DNA of 64,000 bases from positions 112,232 through 176,231 of IMG/VR virus record IMGVR_UViG_3300042868_005761; one strand, 5' to 3'. This DNA is from a virus. The notes below the pieces were generated by a model. That model was given only the letters and a program-made list of their open reading frames with translations, made no database searches and was not told where the DNA came from. Below, piece after piece: positions 19,501-27,959 of this stretch. A program made the position numbers and the translations under genes. Each line of letters opens with the position of its first letter. Within the stretch, counting starts at the first letter, position 1.

Positions 19501-20468
19501 ATTCTATACTGAGCATATCTGAATTTTTTAGAATTACTTGCGCCAATCTTTTGATTGATTTCTACAATATTAGATCTTTGGAACGTAGCATCAACACCTC
19601 TTTTCTTAATCTTCCCTTCAAAGTCTTTAACTCTTTCAAGCTCTTGAGTAGTCAAGTCTGACTGGGAAAGAAAGTTTACATTTGATAATGTGTTATTGCC
19701 TGTTCCAAACTTAAGTAGACCTCGTGATCCTGTATCAAGCATGGCTCGGTTACCATGTAGTCTTTTTGAGAAAACATCAGACATACCCTCAACGCCACCA
19801 TAAAGCATATTAAAGCTATTTAGCATAGGCTTTAATCCCCTTTGAGCTGCCTTAGAATTCATTGGGCCAAAAGTTGTAGATTGAACCTGCTTTAAAAGTG
19901 CGTCGTAACTTTTTTGTTTTTGCGTTCCCGTAAACATACCAGAGAAACGTTTGTTAGTCATAATATCAAGTAAGGTTTGCCTTGTAGCTTCTGCTTGCTG
20001 GCCAATAAAAGTTTGGCCATCTGCTGCAAATGAGAACTTTTTTAAAGGTGTGCGGCCTCCAAGAATTGGGAGACCAACAGGTATACCAGTAGCGCCCATT
20101 GGCGTACTAGTAACAAATTTACTAGCTGGTGATATTCCTCCTCCTTTCATCTTTTCGCCACTGAATCTTTCTTGGTGTCTTTGGAATAAATAAGCTAATT
20201 GCTCAGAACTTAAAGCATGATTTACTGCATAGGCAAGAGACTCATTACTATTTACTCTTCTATTATTATTTCTGTATTGCTGATTTAAAACATCAAAGAA
20301 TGTTCCACCTTGAAAGTCAGAAAGAGTTTCACCTGCAAGAGGTGAAACGTCACTGCCTGTAATCATATTACGGACAGCACTCATAGTTAGGTCTTTGCCT
20401 TTTGCTTTACCAAAAGCAAGCGCTCCTAATCCTATACTTAGCAAATTAAAAATCTTATCGCTAATCAT
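13584..20468 (-). CDS. Putative virion-packaged single-chain (two-barrel type) RNA polymerase
   Basis: 2294 aa; SSDFDGDTAAV (DFDGD at 14991-15005) is preceded in the expected order by FEGRLRGAEYGMVI, GVGMSKRVIEEHF and AVMGWQNPQIG, and followed by DVGLISN and EQKAVGFKH, paralleling the beta' DPBB, bridge-helix and trigger-loop regions; C-terminal hydrophobic segment. Confidence 0.7.
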   Translation of the reverse strand: MISDKIFNLLSIGLGALAFGKAKGKDLTMSAVRNMITGSDVSPLAGETLSDFQGGTFFDVLNQQYRNNNRRVNSNESLAYAVNHALSSEQLAYLFQRHQERFSGEKMKGGGISPASKFVTSTPMGATGIPVGLPILGGRTPLKKFSFAADGQTFIGQQAEATRQTLLDIMTNKRFSGMFTGTQKQKSYDALLKQVQSTTFGPMNSKAAQRGLKPMLNSFNMLYGGVEGMSDVFSKRLHGNRAMLDTGSRGLLKFGTGNNTLSNVNFLSQSDLTTQELERVKDFEGKIKKRGVDATFQRSNIVEINQKIGASNSKKFRYAQYRIGDADNAESILVPVQDLAHYVDESTGGQVYHRDAAGSVMYSPTGKVMQINKDQSSEIMSGLEYLFGKESKDKAGRSVRSDGQIMSLIDRSIKRGQRLGSTLFGGKDVEVDDQYKILQYVDPARTPSRALSLKAAQMKVVRSMNPMDPDADVEGTDASRLSDFDEISKQAISHGYEIEPLTSPNQIRKDIYNFRGVQRDAAGQVMSTSTPDYVRAALGEVDPSTGEFYSTNDIGRRPGRHIINAYTVENRGSQRALGHLRATLGDLYAFRGSGAFADMEKSGMIGFVHGSWLTTKKSMRENPQAVPEGTRIRVGASEGERVIHPGRHFTVDKSTKGDPASREAFSFNSKFKGIIDAADAAGTGDAAARQAAIRKELETNPIFLNEGDWLGKKVEGDDLTDVTVNVPGQGRLAVLDVIPGMDDYTFSIGRVSGFGEGTKTFGATTSTESSLFDQELSKGEYQSVLDFVDSQKDEFFAKSKADARSVIEAEQTRRAPEIQALQDALANLQKSTISKAAQDTKDKAKFGKQQTKQAYASLGKNKSLETSYEGYKQLRETMGPRTEETDKILKDWRSQWEVDESPMLDIAFPNRPGKGKSTGGKANLFDLMDERESLLRNKPRLSAAELSNVRFQEKAIGEVQALFNLEEESKFWQKNEGTIRYLAANTAGATALSKEEQTVFRNMERYFAGHPDQKPNGTIVYRNSIADRFARQQDKVKGLSQEFERRGMGSLDEAENIFRTGLMKSKAGRKTMPSWMQGKKPSLARSLEAQYSGSGKSSKAGLSKTLDKYALGVDSRTVKGARSNMLEELLGIDASQRIGVETFFAGDAVEEPASAGTVQEYLNKESIADGKFGAFLGGRGIPKRERVANKSLMGQTPGDARLSAEKTANLTRLEQVNKMLREGRKLAYSSLANQVGTEAAEAKYGKIDPVADLKAQRKSLLDSLKTIKGEIADFSDQNAWDVDAARSGWDGMRDSVRTGKINEILTARNAPAIAGAFGAVDPAFMGSVAAERTLPFTTFIGEGRNFIKGTNIRQIRTQQESAIGFLLNRFDADNNPTLGLKDIRNYAGDISSPANPAYQAFHAGMKKGLGQENYSVEDTNALISYLKRAQDAFKEDPTLIAQREQLLGNVFGFEQGGTDEAGFRLENLIETDPQALLDLGLDKDFVDSLGAGIKNSKQVFNLSLHGVADSSSIIQGNNARMERRFVDHIFYQLMDSQNERHGHMKKVWETVQQRVMTHDPGYVEQLGSFSKNSIRELTKKDKVLDFSDTKTSEADRRKMLSTIKAKGGFLKHETGQIYIPGADDLKKLSLKDSRAGRNVEDTDLEEMITEILRSVETNINDVDKKVFSTLRSQLMQVGARKGMEAFNAPFEGRLRGAEYGMVIANLDDKIAKETQGYGVGMSKRVIEEHFNEAMRTASKSEKNYLKKMKKGVLEEGKYYAVMGWQNPQIGPESVSTMAGYYDKRRDVTGGYTANILGEQVDFEGAKIWKRLGGFITGKTSSDFDGDTAAVMMVGAGDRNRSGKNIADYWQQQSDLISQPSLKQQFERQKKYDLRSQSNEATLEKSFKDLLKGGGVKSTRKQEAFLRQAGQEDVGLISNTARAMHRMNYVMKGTGGIDSSSSEEMTNFLQAMEQKAVGFKHMATSPRAMLYQRFHSAIANENVEQGFAQYKSLLKDLGFRDADKIDTNSDQALGSFSLARASLVGGGQKAEKMTAEDALNSYLSGSADSDFALHQLDSGRSDMLLDFAVSALPKGRQEEFKKRVAEFKEGLTGRGGTALGDSLSQLNQSEKAKAAARTKNTSAAQLARAELKDAKEASKSLFANKFARAGMVGAAVMTGAYALFNSGYDDEPLTDLPPPPPGRMMMTPTNADMQLINSGNLLSDNYSNYSQANDEEMARSAGSPEMSGTMTAPNSIAAKSYLNNASVRISNRGMIVDKTNPVEYARSIQGIIPGAQVGVSINHNYNIPTDLERQL

Positions 20469-20476
20469 ATTTAAAC

Positions 20477-23400
20477 TTACATAAACGGATTAAGAGTATT
20501 GTACTCGTTAAATGTTAAGCTGACAAAGTCTTGGTTTCTATTAGGTCCCTGGATATTATAACTATTTACACCATATGAGCTATATATCTTTGCCGCATTA
20601 GCCATTCCATTCAAACCATTTCTAGCGCTTAGGTTATTTAGATCTTGCATTGCCTTCTCGTCTATGTATGGCTTTCTTGGCATATATGACGCACGACTTG
20701 GATAAATACCAAAATCATGGTAGTTCATGCCTTCGCTTTCAATATACTTTAACTTAACATCTTCTAAGTCTACTGCAGGATTAAATCCAATCCAGTCAAC
20801 AGCTGGCATAGATCTATGATTAAAGAACTGAGATACTTCTTGTAGTTTTGCGCTATCTACCATCTGAGGATCAGAAACATCAAATCCTTCTTTCTGTTTT
20901 TTAACAATAAGATCTGCTGCGTAATCCATACCATAGGTAGACATAGGAGCTGATCCAGCTGCGCGGTTAATTGCTTCAAGATCTTGATTCATGTAGAACC
21001 CTTCCATTAGCCTTGACTTGTAATCTGGCAAAGCATCAATAATATCTTGTTGTCTACCAGGATTCATTTCTCTTGCAAATCCTGCAGCAAACATAGACTC
21101 TCTACCGCCTAGAACATTCCCTAGTCTTTCTTCCGAGACATATCCTGTTCCTCCTACATAGGTATCTTGCGCAATGTTTTGATACTGATTAGCTAACTGT
21201 TCATTGCCTTGCATTCCTGCTGCTTGTGAAAGTCCTGAATACTTAACATATTTGAGTTTATCAAAGTACTCTTCTGTGTCTCTTTTTTCTCTTAGGCCAG
21301 GAGATTCAAAGTCAAATCCTAACCAATTATGTAATGCTGATTTAATAGCAGGGGCTATCCATCCTGCAACAGGACTATCCCATCCTTTCATTTCTGTTCC
21401 GTAAAGTTCTCTTGATTCATATTCTTCAAGAGCATCTCGGAATGGTAATAGCTTGTTAACAGGAGACATACCAAACATACCAATATGCTCTATTGGCTGT
21501 GCAACCCTATTTGCAATATGAGTTGTAGCTTCCCATGCTCTACCAAACATCTTGCCAATGGGATTAGTCATTGCATAATCTGCAATAGGCGAATCATCCT
21601 TTGCAAATCTACCTTCTTCTCTTATGTCTTTATTTACATTAAAGCCATTATTTCTAACAGCACCCATAACTACGCCTCTCTCGTCAACGGCCTGACCAAT
21701 ACTTGCGGCAACATCAACAGTAACGCCTTGTCCTACTTGAATCTTGCTAGAGAAAGCTTTCTCGTTTCTAGTCTTAAGCTTTGCTGCTTGTTTGATTGAT
21801 AAGTTGTAATCGCTAATTAAAGCATCAACGTCATTAGATATTCCTGCTACACCAAATCGACCACCATAGCCAGACACAGTAAAACTCATAGTAGATGCAT
21901 CTACTGACGTAACATCACCACTGATAGTATCGTAAGTGCTTGGCTTGAACTGATAAGCGTCAGTGCCCTTATCGGTTGCCTTTCTTGCTACGTTCTGTTT
22001 ATGCCTATAAAAGAACTTTTCCTCTTCTGTAGTCATTTCTCCTGAAGATCTCATAAGTTCAGCTTGACGCCGATATCCTTTATACTGGGGAGACTGAGGA
22101 GCAACGTCTCCTAGGATATTCATTTTATGTAGTAAAGGATAGTCTTCGGGATTGACGCCTTTTAATTCCGTATGCAAGGCAACATATCCTTTGCCCGGCA
22201 TTCTGTACTCACCTTCACCATACCTAGTATTAGTGTATTGGTTTCCATATTGGAAGCTATCTGGCATCCAACTAGGCATAGCATTTTTAATTGGATTGTA
22301 TTGCTTTAAGTCATCCTTGTGAAGGAATCGACGAATAGGCTCTGAGACAAAGGGAACACCCAAGAATGAACCACCACCTTGTAGGTCATAGAATCTGCTA
22401 GCCATATCCATGTTACGAGAGAACGACTCTAACTCTTGTCTTTGGTCAGCAATGCCCGGTGTTCCTGTAAGATAGTTCTTTGCGGTTTTTGCATAGAAAC
22501 CAACAAGACCACCTAGAGAAGTTGTCTGCTCCCAGAAGTCTCCTAATACTCTACTTGGAGAATAAGGAGAATAAGGTGCAGGCATTCCTAATCCACCAAT
22601 ACTTAAATCTGGAATCTCATCAAGCCCAGTAGATCTTTCTACAAACTTTACGTTACCTTCAGAGTCTGAACGAGCCCATTCTCCAACATGCATTAGTCTT
22701 GGCTTTTTGATAAGGTCAGCGATCGGTTGGATAAGCGGGTATATAAAAGGAACTTGATCAAAGGCAGCTCCAGTTATAGGGGCAGGTCTGGTCCAATAGT
22801 TTTCTCTTTCAAGTTTATAAGTAAAGTTCTTAAGTGCCATTTCCATTAACGGACCATGTCCACCGGACGCGCCCGCCTGTGCAGCTCCAGAACTTAAGCG
22901 CGCAGTAAGGCTTGGACGATAATACAGAATATCAGTTCCTTCATATCCTGTCTGGCCCATTTCCCATTTCTGACCACGTCTAACAGCCTCTAATCTTTTG
23001 CCTTGATTTAGCTCTCTAAGCTCAGAGGGACGCTCAAGGGTACCCATACTACCCGTTCCTACAAACCATGCCGCAGCAGCCACTGTAGAGGCATACAGAA
23101 TGCTTCTAGTTCTAGGCGCAACACGGATGGCTTCTCTTAGTCTTCCAAGAGCATTCTTTTCACTTGCAAAGATTTTGCTTTTTGCTTCTGCGTATGTGTG
23201 ATCAGTAACATGTTCAGCTATCTCGTCAAAGTTAGAAACATCTGCAACCTTGCCTATTGGATTGTTTAATAGTCCGTATTCTCCTTCCCTTTCGAGAGAA
23301 GAAATATAAGAATTCATATTCTGTTCTACAATCTCAGTTTGTCTAGTTGATAGTCCTCCAGTATCACCTCTTATCTTTCTTATAGTAGAATCTAAAGTCC

Positions 23401-25372
23401 TTCTGGCTCTTATTTTTTCTTTGTCAGAAAGTTTAGGATAAGCATCTTCATGTGCTTTGGTTGCTCTAAGAACTCTACCGGCTTGTTCTCTTACTTCATT
23501 TCCCATGTCTGCAAGAGTAATGTTTTCTCTGTCTCTAAATTTAGCTCTTAAAAACTTTGCTCTTTCTTCCTGTTCTACGATAACATCCTTAGATAGTCCT
23601 CCAATCTTTAGATTGTCAGAGATTCTAATACCTCTAGTAGCAGCAACATAACTAGCTCCAGCTAAGAATCCTACGCCCAATGAAGATATAACTCCAGTAG
23701 AGCCAGGCATCATTTCTTCAACATTGCGTCGCCAAGCGTTAACAGGAAGAACCTCTCCTACATAACTTCTAATCTCATTGCCTCTTGCTACAAGATTAGC
23801 AACTCCTGGTATTGGACCAGCTGCAAACGGACCAACTCCAGCCATACCTAAGACACCTAAGGCTGCACCCATTCCTGCGCCAACTAGTGTTCTTCTTTGC
23901 GAGTTGTCTGTAATTTGCATTGCCATCTTTTTAAAGACAGGAGCAAATCCTAAATCATCAGATAGAACTTCTGGAACTTTCTTTCCTAGATAAGCACCTA
24001 AGACGGTTAAGCCAACTGTTTGTAATCCACCTGATACTCCAGCAGTAACAGGATCTCCATTCATCATATTCCAACCAAGCTGATTAACTGTAGCTAGAGT
24101 GAAAGCTACCTTAGCAGCCATTCCTGCGTATCTAACAAGCATTGCTGCTCCATGCCCATGATCTATTCTTGGAGCAAGATTATTCTTAGATAGGAAATTG
24201 TAAATCTTTTGCTTTGGGGCTGGAGATATATACTCAAAGAAATCACCTACCTGATTATATAGTTCTGAGAATAGTCTTGAAGTTCTTTGTAATGCCATAG
24301 AACCGTAAGCTTCAGTAAGCAAAGCTGTAGTTGCATATCGTCTTAAATTAGTTCCCTTGAAAAGACCAAGATCAGCAAGTGAAGTTCCTGCTCCATTTTT
24401 ACCAGGTAGAAATTTAATTCTAGTCAAATTCTGCATTCGACCTATCATACGAGTTAACTCTGGATCCATATTATTTTCTGCCAAAAGAACATAACCTTCT
24501 TTGCCACCAATGCCTTCTGCAAAGGTTGCTCCTGTCTTTTTGTTCTTGAGACCAAGCGAAGGTTCGACTACTCCAAGTAAAGCTTCTGTAAATAAACCTT
24601 TGTCTACTAGTCTTGCTGCTTTTTTATTCAAACTCTGCTTAGGTCCTGCTGCTGCGACTACCTCTCCATACATGTTTAATCTGCCAGCAAAAACATCCCC
24701 ATCTTCAAATATTAAATAATCTAATAGTTCTAATTTTTTCCTATTCATCCTCAATTGTTTAGCATATAAATCTAATGTCCTAGATCTATTGGTTGCACCA
24801 AGCGCATTCATACTTACGTTGAGAACTGTCTTTCCTTTCCTTTTTGTAGTATAGGATAAGACATCACTCATATAAGTAGCTTTTGCAAATAACTTAACAA
24901 CGTTATCAAATATAGGCAGATCTAAACCGCTCTGTTCTACTTTCTTAATACCAGCATACCAAAAGCTTTGCGGGTCATCAGATGAAGTAATATTCATTAA
25001 CTCTTGGCTTGCTCTGAAAGTAACAGCTCTTAGAGTTTTCATAGCTTCTTTACCAGTCTTTAAATTAAAGACATCGCTGACTTTATTGACATGGCTAAAA
25101 CTTCCAGACAACTGCCATGACTGGAACTTGGTACTCCTAGAGAGTTCACCTGCTCCACGTATTGCGCTTGGTCCCATAAAGAAAACAAGGCCACCGGCTG
25201 CGCTTTTCATTGCAAGATCTAATGCTTGATCAGCAACAGTAATTTCTTGCCCGGCATTCCCTGAGCCTTCTGCCCATGTTTGCTTATCTTCAGAATACTG
25301 TGATCTTTCCACTGATTGGCTAAGATCATGGTATTGAGCAAGTTGTTCTGCAATTACATTAGGTAGAGCCAT
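20477..25372 (-). CDS. Large virion protein in tape-measure position (several hydrophobic segments; possible degenerate SNase/OB-like segment)
   Basis: 1631 aa directly after two chaperone-like genes; multiple Gly/Ala-rich hydrophobic stretches; ISGDVTSVD...RFGVAGI resembles an SNase-like OB start without the catalytic residues. Confidence 0.45.
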   Translation of the reverse strand: MALPNVIAEQLAQYHDLSQSVERSQYSEDKQTWAEGSGNAGQEITVADQALDLAMKSAAGGLVFFMGPSAIRGAGELSRSTKFQSWQLSGSFSHVNKVSDVFNLKTGKEAMKTLRAVTFRASQELMNITSSDDPQSFWYAGIKKVEQSGLDLPIFDNVVKLFAKATYMSDVLSYTTKRKGKTVLNVSMNALGATNRSRTLDLYAKQLRMNRKKLELLDYLIFEDGDVFAGRLNMYGEVVAAAGPKQSLNKKAARLVDKGLFTEALLGVVEPSLGLKNKKTGATFAEGIGGKEGYVLLAENNMDPELTRMIGRMQNLTRIKFLPGKNGAGTSLADLGLFKGTNLRRYATTALLTEAYGSMALQRTSRLFSELYNQVGDFFEYISPAPKQKIYNFLSKNNLAPRIDHGHGAAMLVRYAGMAAKVAFTLATVNQLGWNMMNGDPVTAGVSGGLQTVGLTVLGAYLGKKVPEVLSDDLGFAPVFKKMAMQITDNSQRRTLVGAGMGAALGVLGMAGVGPFAAGPIPGVANLVARGNEIRSYVGEVLPVNAWRRNVEEMMPGSTGVISSLGVGFLAGASYVAATRGIRISDNLKIGGLSKDVIVEQEERAKFLRAKFRDRENITLADMGNEVREQAGRVLRATKAHEDAYPKLSDKEKIRARRTLDSTIRKIRGDTGGLSTRQTEIVEQNMNSYISSLEREGEYGLLNNPIGKVADVSNFDEIAEHVTDHTYAEAKSKIFASEKNALGRLREAIRVAPRTRSILYASTVAAAAWFVGTGSMGTLERPSELRELNQGKRLEAVRRGQKWEMGQTGYEGTDILYYRPSLTARLSSGAAQAGASGGHGPLMEMALKNFTYKLERENYWTRPAPITGAAFDQVPFIYPLIQPIADLIKKPRLMHVGEWARSDSEGNVKFVERSTGLDEIPDLSIGGLGMPAPYSPYSPSRVLGDFWEQTTSLGGLVGFYAKTAKNYLTGTPGIADQRQELESFSRNMDMASRFYDLQGGGSFLGVPFVSEPIRRFLHKDDLKQYNPIKNAMPSWMPDSFQYGNQYTNTRYGEGEYRMPGKGYVALHTELKGVNPEDYPLLHKMNILGDVAPQSPQYKGYRRQAELMRSSGEMTTEEEKFFYRHKQNVARKATDKGTDAYQFKPSTYDTISGDVTSVDASTMSFTVSGYGGRFGVAGISNDVDALISDYNLSIKQAAKLKTRNEKAFSSKIQVGQGVTVDVAASIGQAVDERGVVMGAVRNNGFNVNKDIREEGRFAKDDSPIADYAMTNPIGKMFGRAWEATTHIANRVAQPIEHIGMFGMSPVNKLLPFRDALEEYESRELYGTEMKGWDSPVAGWIAPAIKSALHNWLGFDFESPGLREKRDTEEYFDKLKYVKYSGLSQAAGMQGNEQLANQYQNIAQDTYVGGTGYVSEERLGNVLGGRESMFAAGFAREMNPGRQQDIIDALPDYKSRLMEGFYMNQDLEAINRAAGSAPMSTYGMDYAADLIVKKQKEGFDVSDPQMVDSAKLQEVSQFFNHRSMPAVDWIGFNPAVDLEDVKLKYIESEGMNYHDFGIYPSRASYMPRKPYIDEKAMQDLNNLSARNGLNGMANAAKIYSSYGVNSYNIQGPNRNQDFVSLTFNEYNTLNPFM

Positions 25373-25419
25373 ATTAACTTACTATAAAAGAGTATATTCT
25401 TATTTTCTCCTAAACCTTC

Positions 25420-26478
25420 TTATTCGGGTTTAGTTTTAAACCTCTTTTTGAAATTTGGCTTTTGTTTCGGCATTTTAGCAGCTTCATCTCTGGCTCTTTC
25501 TTGTTTCTGTACAATCAATTCATAGCCTGCTGGCATTAGTCCCATTTCCATTTGCATTGCTAATGCTTCAGCATCTGTCATAGTTGCACCAGCAAAGTCA
25601 GAACTTTCAAATCCGCCAAGTCGATTTTCTCTGTTAATTCTAATACCTGGAACATTAACAGCAACACCATTTGAAATTGCTACAGCATCTTTTGGCGGGA
25701 TGTATTCAGTTCTGCCTATCTTCTCTTCGACTTTCTTTTTGATCTCCTCTTCTTGCTTTGGCTTATTTTGCTGCTCTCTTCGGATGTCTTCTTCTTTCCT
25801 AAGTTTTGCTTCTTGTTTTTCTTGCTGTTCTTTTATCTTCAAGAGTTCCTTTAAGAAGCTGCCTTCTTCTGATTCTGGAGCAACATTAGTCTTTACAGGT
25901 TGCTTAGGCTCATTAGCTTCTTCTGAGGCCTGATCTTCAGGGTTATAAATTTCTAGAGGCTGCTTGAGCATTCCGTTCTCTAGTAGATATCTTTCAGCGC
26001 TAGCAAATAGACTTGATATCTTGTCAAAAGACAACTTGTCTAACATCTCAAATGTATAAGCTTTAAACACTAGACATATAACAGTATACATCTGGTATTC
26101 AACATTTGTTCTAGCAATGCTTCTGTACATATTTAACCTGAATGTGAATGCCGGGATATCAATCCTGCCATTCCTATCCGGTATTATTCCAGAATCGCTA
26201 ACATACATAATAAGATCAGAGATAGTATCTATCACACCTGCGGGCAATAGATCTATTTCTGTATCACTCCAACCTGGATCCCTAACCGTATAGTCCCTAA
26301 AGATTTTCATCTTTAGATCCCATGGAGGAATACTTTGAGCCCGTTCCGCAAAACGAATTCTCTTATATTCTCCCCATGGGATACGAGTATAGAATACAGT
26401 CAACTTACTAGATAAGTTGTAAGGAATATCTATAACATATAAGGGAATATCTTTATGTTCAAAGATATCAATTTCCAT
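25420..26478 (-). CDS. Putative tail assembly chaperone 2
   Basis: 352 aa; LPAGVIDTISDLI echoes LPAGLPDLLVNMI of the adjacent 172-aa gene; lies after the tube genes. Confidence 0.4.
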   Translation of the reverse strand: MEIDIFEHKDIPLYVIDIPYNLSSKLTVFYTRIPWGEYKRIRFAERAQSIPPWDLKMKIFRDYTVRDPGWSDTEIDLLPAGVIDTISDLIMYVSDSGIIPDRNGRIDIPAFTFRLNMYRSIARTNVEYQMYTVICLVFKAYTFEMLDKLSFDKISSLFASAERYLLENGMLKQPLEIYNPEDQASEEANEPKQPVKTNVAPESEEGSFLKELLKIKEQQEKQEAKLRKEEDIRREQQNKPKQEEEIKKKVEEKIGRTEYIPPKDAVAISNGVAVNVPGIRINRENRLGGFESSDFAGATMTDAEALAMQMEMGLMPAGYELIVQKQERARDEAAKMPKQKPNFKKRFKTKPE

Positions 26479-26495
26479 TTTTTATCTTATTATGT

Positions 26496-27014
26496 TTAGA
26501 GCTCTTTGCTTAGCGAGAATGCAAGCTCAACTGGAATGAATGCGCTAAGTCGGCTAATCATGTTGACAAGTAGATCAGGAAGACCTGCAGGCAAGTCAGA
26601 GATGGCTTCTTCTGATAGCATTGGAAATACGCAGCCAGCTTCAAGAAGTTCTCTATTAAGCTTTTCTGCATCTTGTCCGGCAATTTCACGAATCATTTTC
26701 ATCTCGCGAACTCTTAATGGTCTAACAACAAACCACTTACCATCCTCATGAGGATAGACAATGACAGTACCATGGCGCTCTTTCATCTTAACAAGGTAAG
26801 ACTTAGAACAGCCAAGCTTTTCAAGGGAGCTGTAAAGTAACTCTTTCTCGTCCATCTCTTCTGCTTCTGGGCCATCATCAGGAAGATCAGTCTCTCCAAC
26901 AACAGAAGCCATAGTCTCAGCTTCTTTACTTTCCTTTTCCTTCCTAGCCTTTTCTAGCTTTGCAGCTAACTTGATATCTGACTCATCTTCTAACTTATTG
27001 TCTAGATCTACCAT
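26496..27014 (-). CDS. Putative tail assembly chaperone
   Basis: 172 aa, acidic; FVVRPLRVRE...CVFP...LPAG pattern; located after the tube genes; RBS AGGAG. Confidence 0.5.
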   Translation of the reverse strand: MVDLDNKLEDESDIKLAAKLEKARKEKESKEAETMASVVGETDLPDDGPEAEEMDEKELLYSSLEKLGCSKSYLVKMKERHGTVIVYPHEDGKWFVVRPLRVREMKMIREIAGQDAEKLNRELLEAGCVFPMLSEEAISDLPAGLPDLLVNMISRLSAFIPVELAFSLSKEL

Positions 27015-27028
27015 AAAAACTCCTACTC

Positions 27029-27913
27029 TTATTTTGTAACTTCTTGTGCAATATCAGGTTTAATTAATGTATGTTTGTCTCTAGCTATGAACTTGTAGAC
27101 CTCCATGACAGGTTGATCATCTGCCATTATCTGTTGGCTTTCGCCTATAAAATGAACACTCCTCAATACAGTTGAAAAGGAGTTACTATAGTCTAGGATA
27201 CCAGTTTGTTCGTTGTTAAACTTAGGATCACCATATGTAATTACAATGTCTATAGCTGGCCATGTCGCTGCGCTTGAATTATTGGAAAACTGATCTGGTC
27301 TTTTGTAGACCGAGTCTGGTGCAGCAAGGTCACCAGCAATTTGAATATTTCTTGGATCCGTAACTGATCCAGATGCATAACCAAACTTGCCATTGCTTTT
27401 GCTAAGGTCAATTCCGTTTAATTGATTTTCTCTTGGAGAAAATGCAGAGCGATAGTCCTGCAACTTTGAAGGACTATTAAATAGATCGTTTAGCAATTGA
27501 TCGTAATTCTTATCTTGCCTTGCGGCTCCACCAACTGTAGTACCAGTTACTATTTCTCTTATTGCTTCTTCTGCAGCCTGAGCGCTAGACTCGTCATTTT
27601 GAATAAAAGCATTTCTATCAATTACTCCGGTAACTCTATCTTTCTTATACTCGACAGGACCATTTGGGAAATTATGATAATCTCTCATAATCTTAGAAAG
27701 ATAATTTGCATGCTGGTAAGTCAAATACAATTGGCCTATTACAATAACCTGTCCAGTTGAGATAGCATCAAATAGCATACTATTGTATCCATAAATAGGT
27801 CTCTTGTTCTGAGAAAGATCATATGAGATACCAAAAGCATTCCCAATCAATGTCTCTCCTATAGTAAGAGAGATATTAGATCCAGTATATATACTTGCAA
27901 CTTGTCTTCCCAT
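27029..27913 (-). CDS. Tail tube-like protein (paralog 3)
   Basis: 294 aa; YTGSNISL, QNKRPIYGY and terminal YKFIARD match the tube pattern of the neighbouring genes. Confidence 0.55.
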   Translation of the reverse strand: MGRQVASIYTGSNISLTIGETLIGNAFGISYDLSQNKRPIYGYNSMLFDAISTGQVIVIGQLYLTYQHANYLSKIMRDYHNFPNGPVEYKKDRVTGVIDRNAFIQNDESSAQAAEEAIREIVTGTTVGGAARQDKNYDQLLNDLFNSPSKLQDYRSAFSPRENQLNGIDLSKSNGKFGYASGSVTDPRNIQIAGDLAAPDSVYKRPDQFSNNSSAATWPAIDIVITYGDPKFNNEQTGILDYSNSFSTVLRSVHFIGESQQIMADDQPVMEVYKFIARDKHTLIKPDIAQEVTK

Positions 27914-27959
27914 TCAATCTCCAGAAACTATTTCTAGTGTGTAAATTACTTATTAAAGT

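Noticed and set aside
25420-27014. Lambda G/GT-type tail chaperone frameshift
   Set aside because: No convincing slippery heptamer near the end of the 172-aa gene; the next gene has its own ATG 17 nt downstream.
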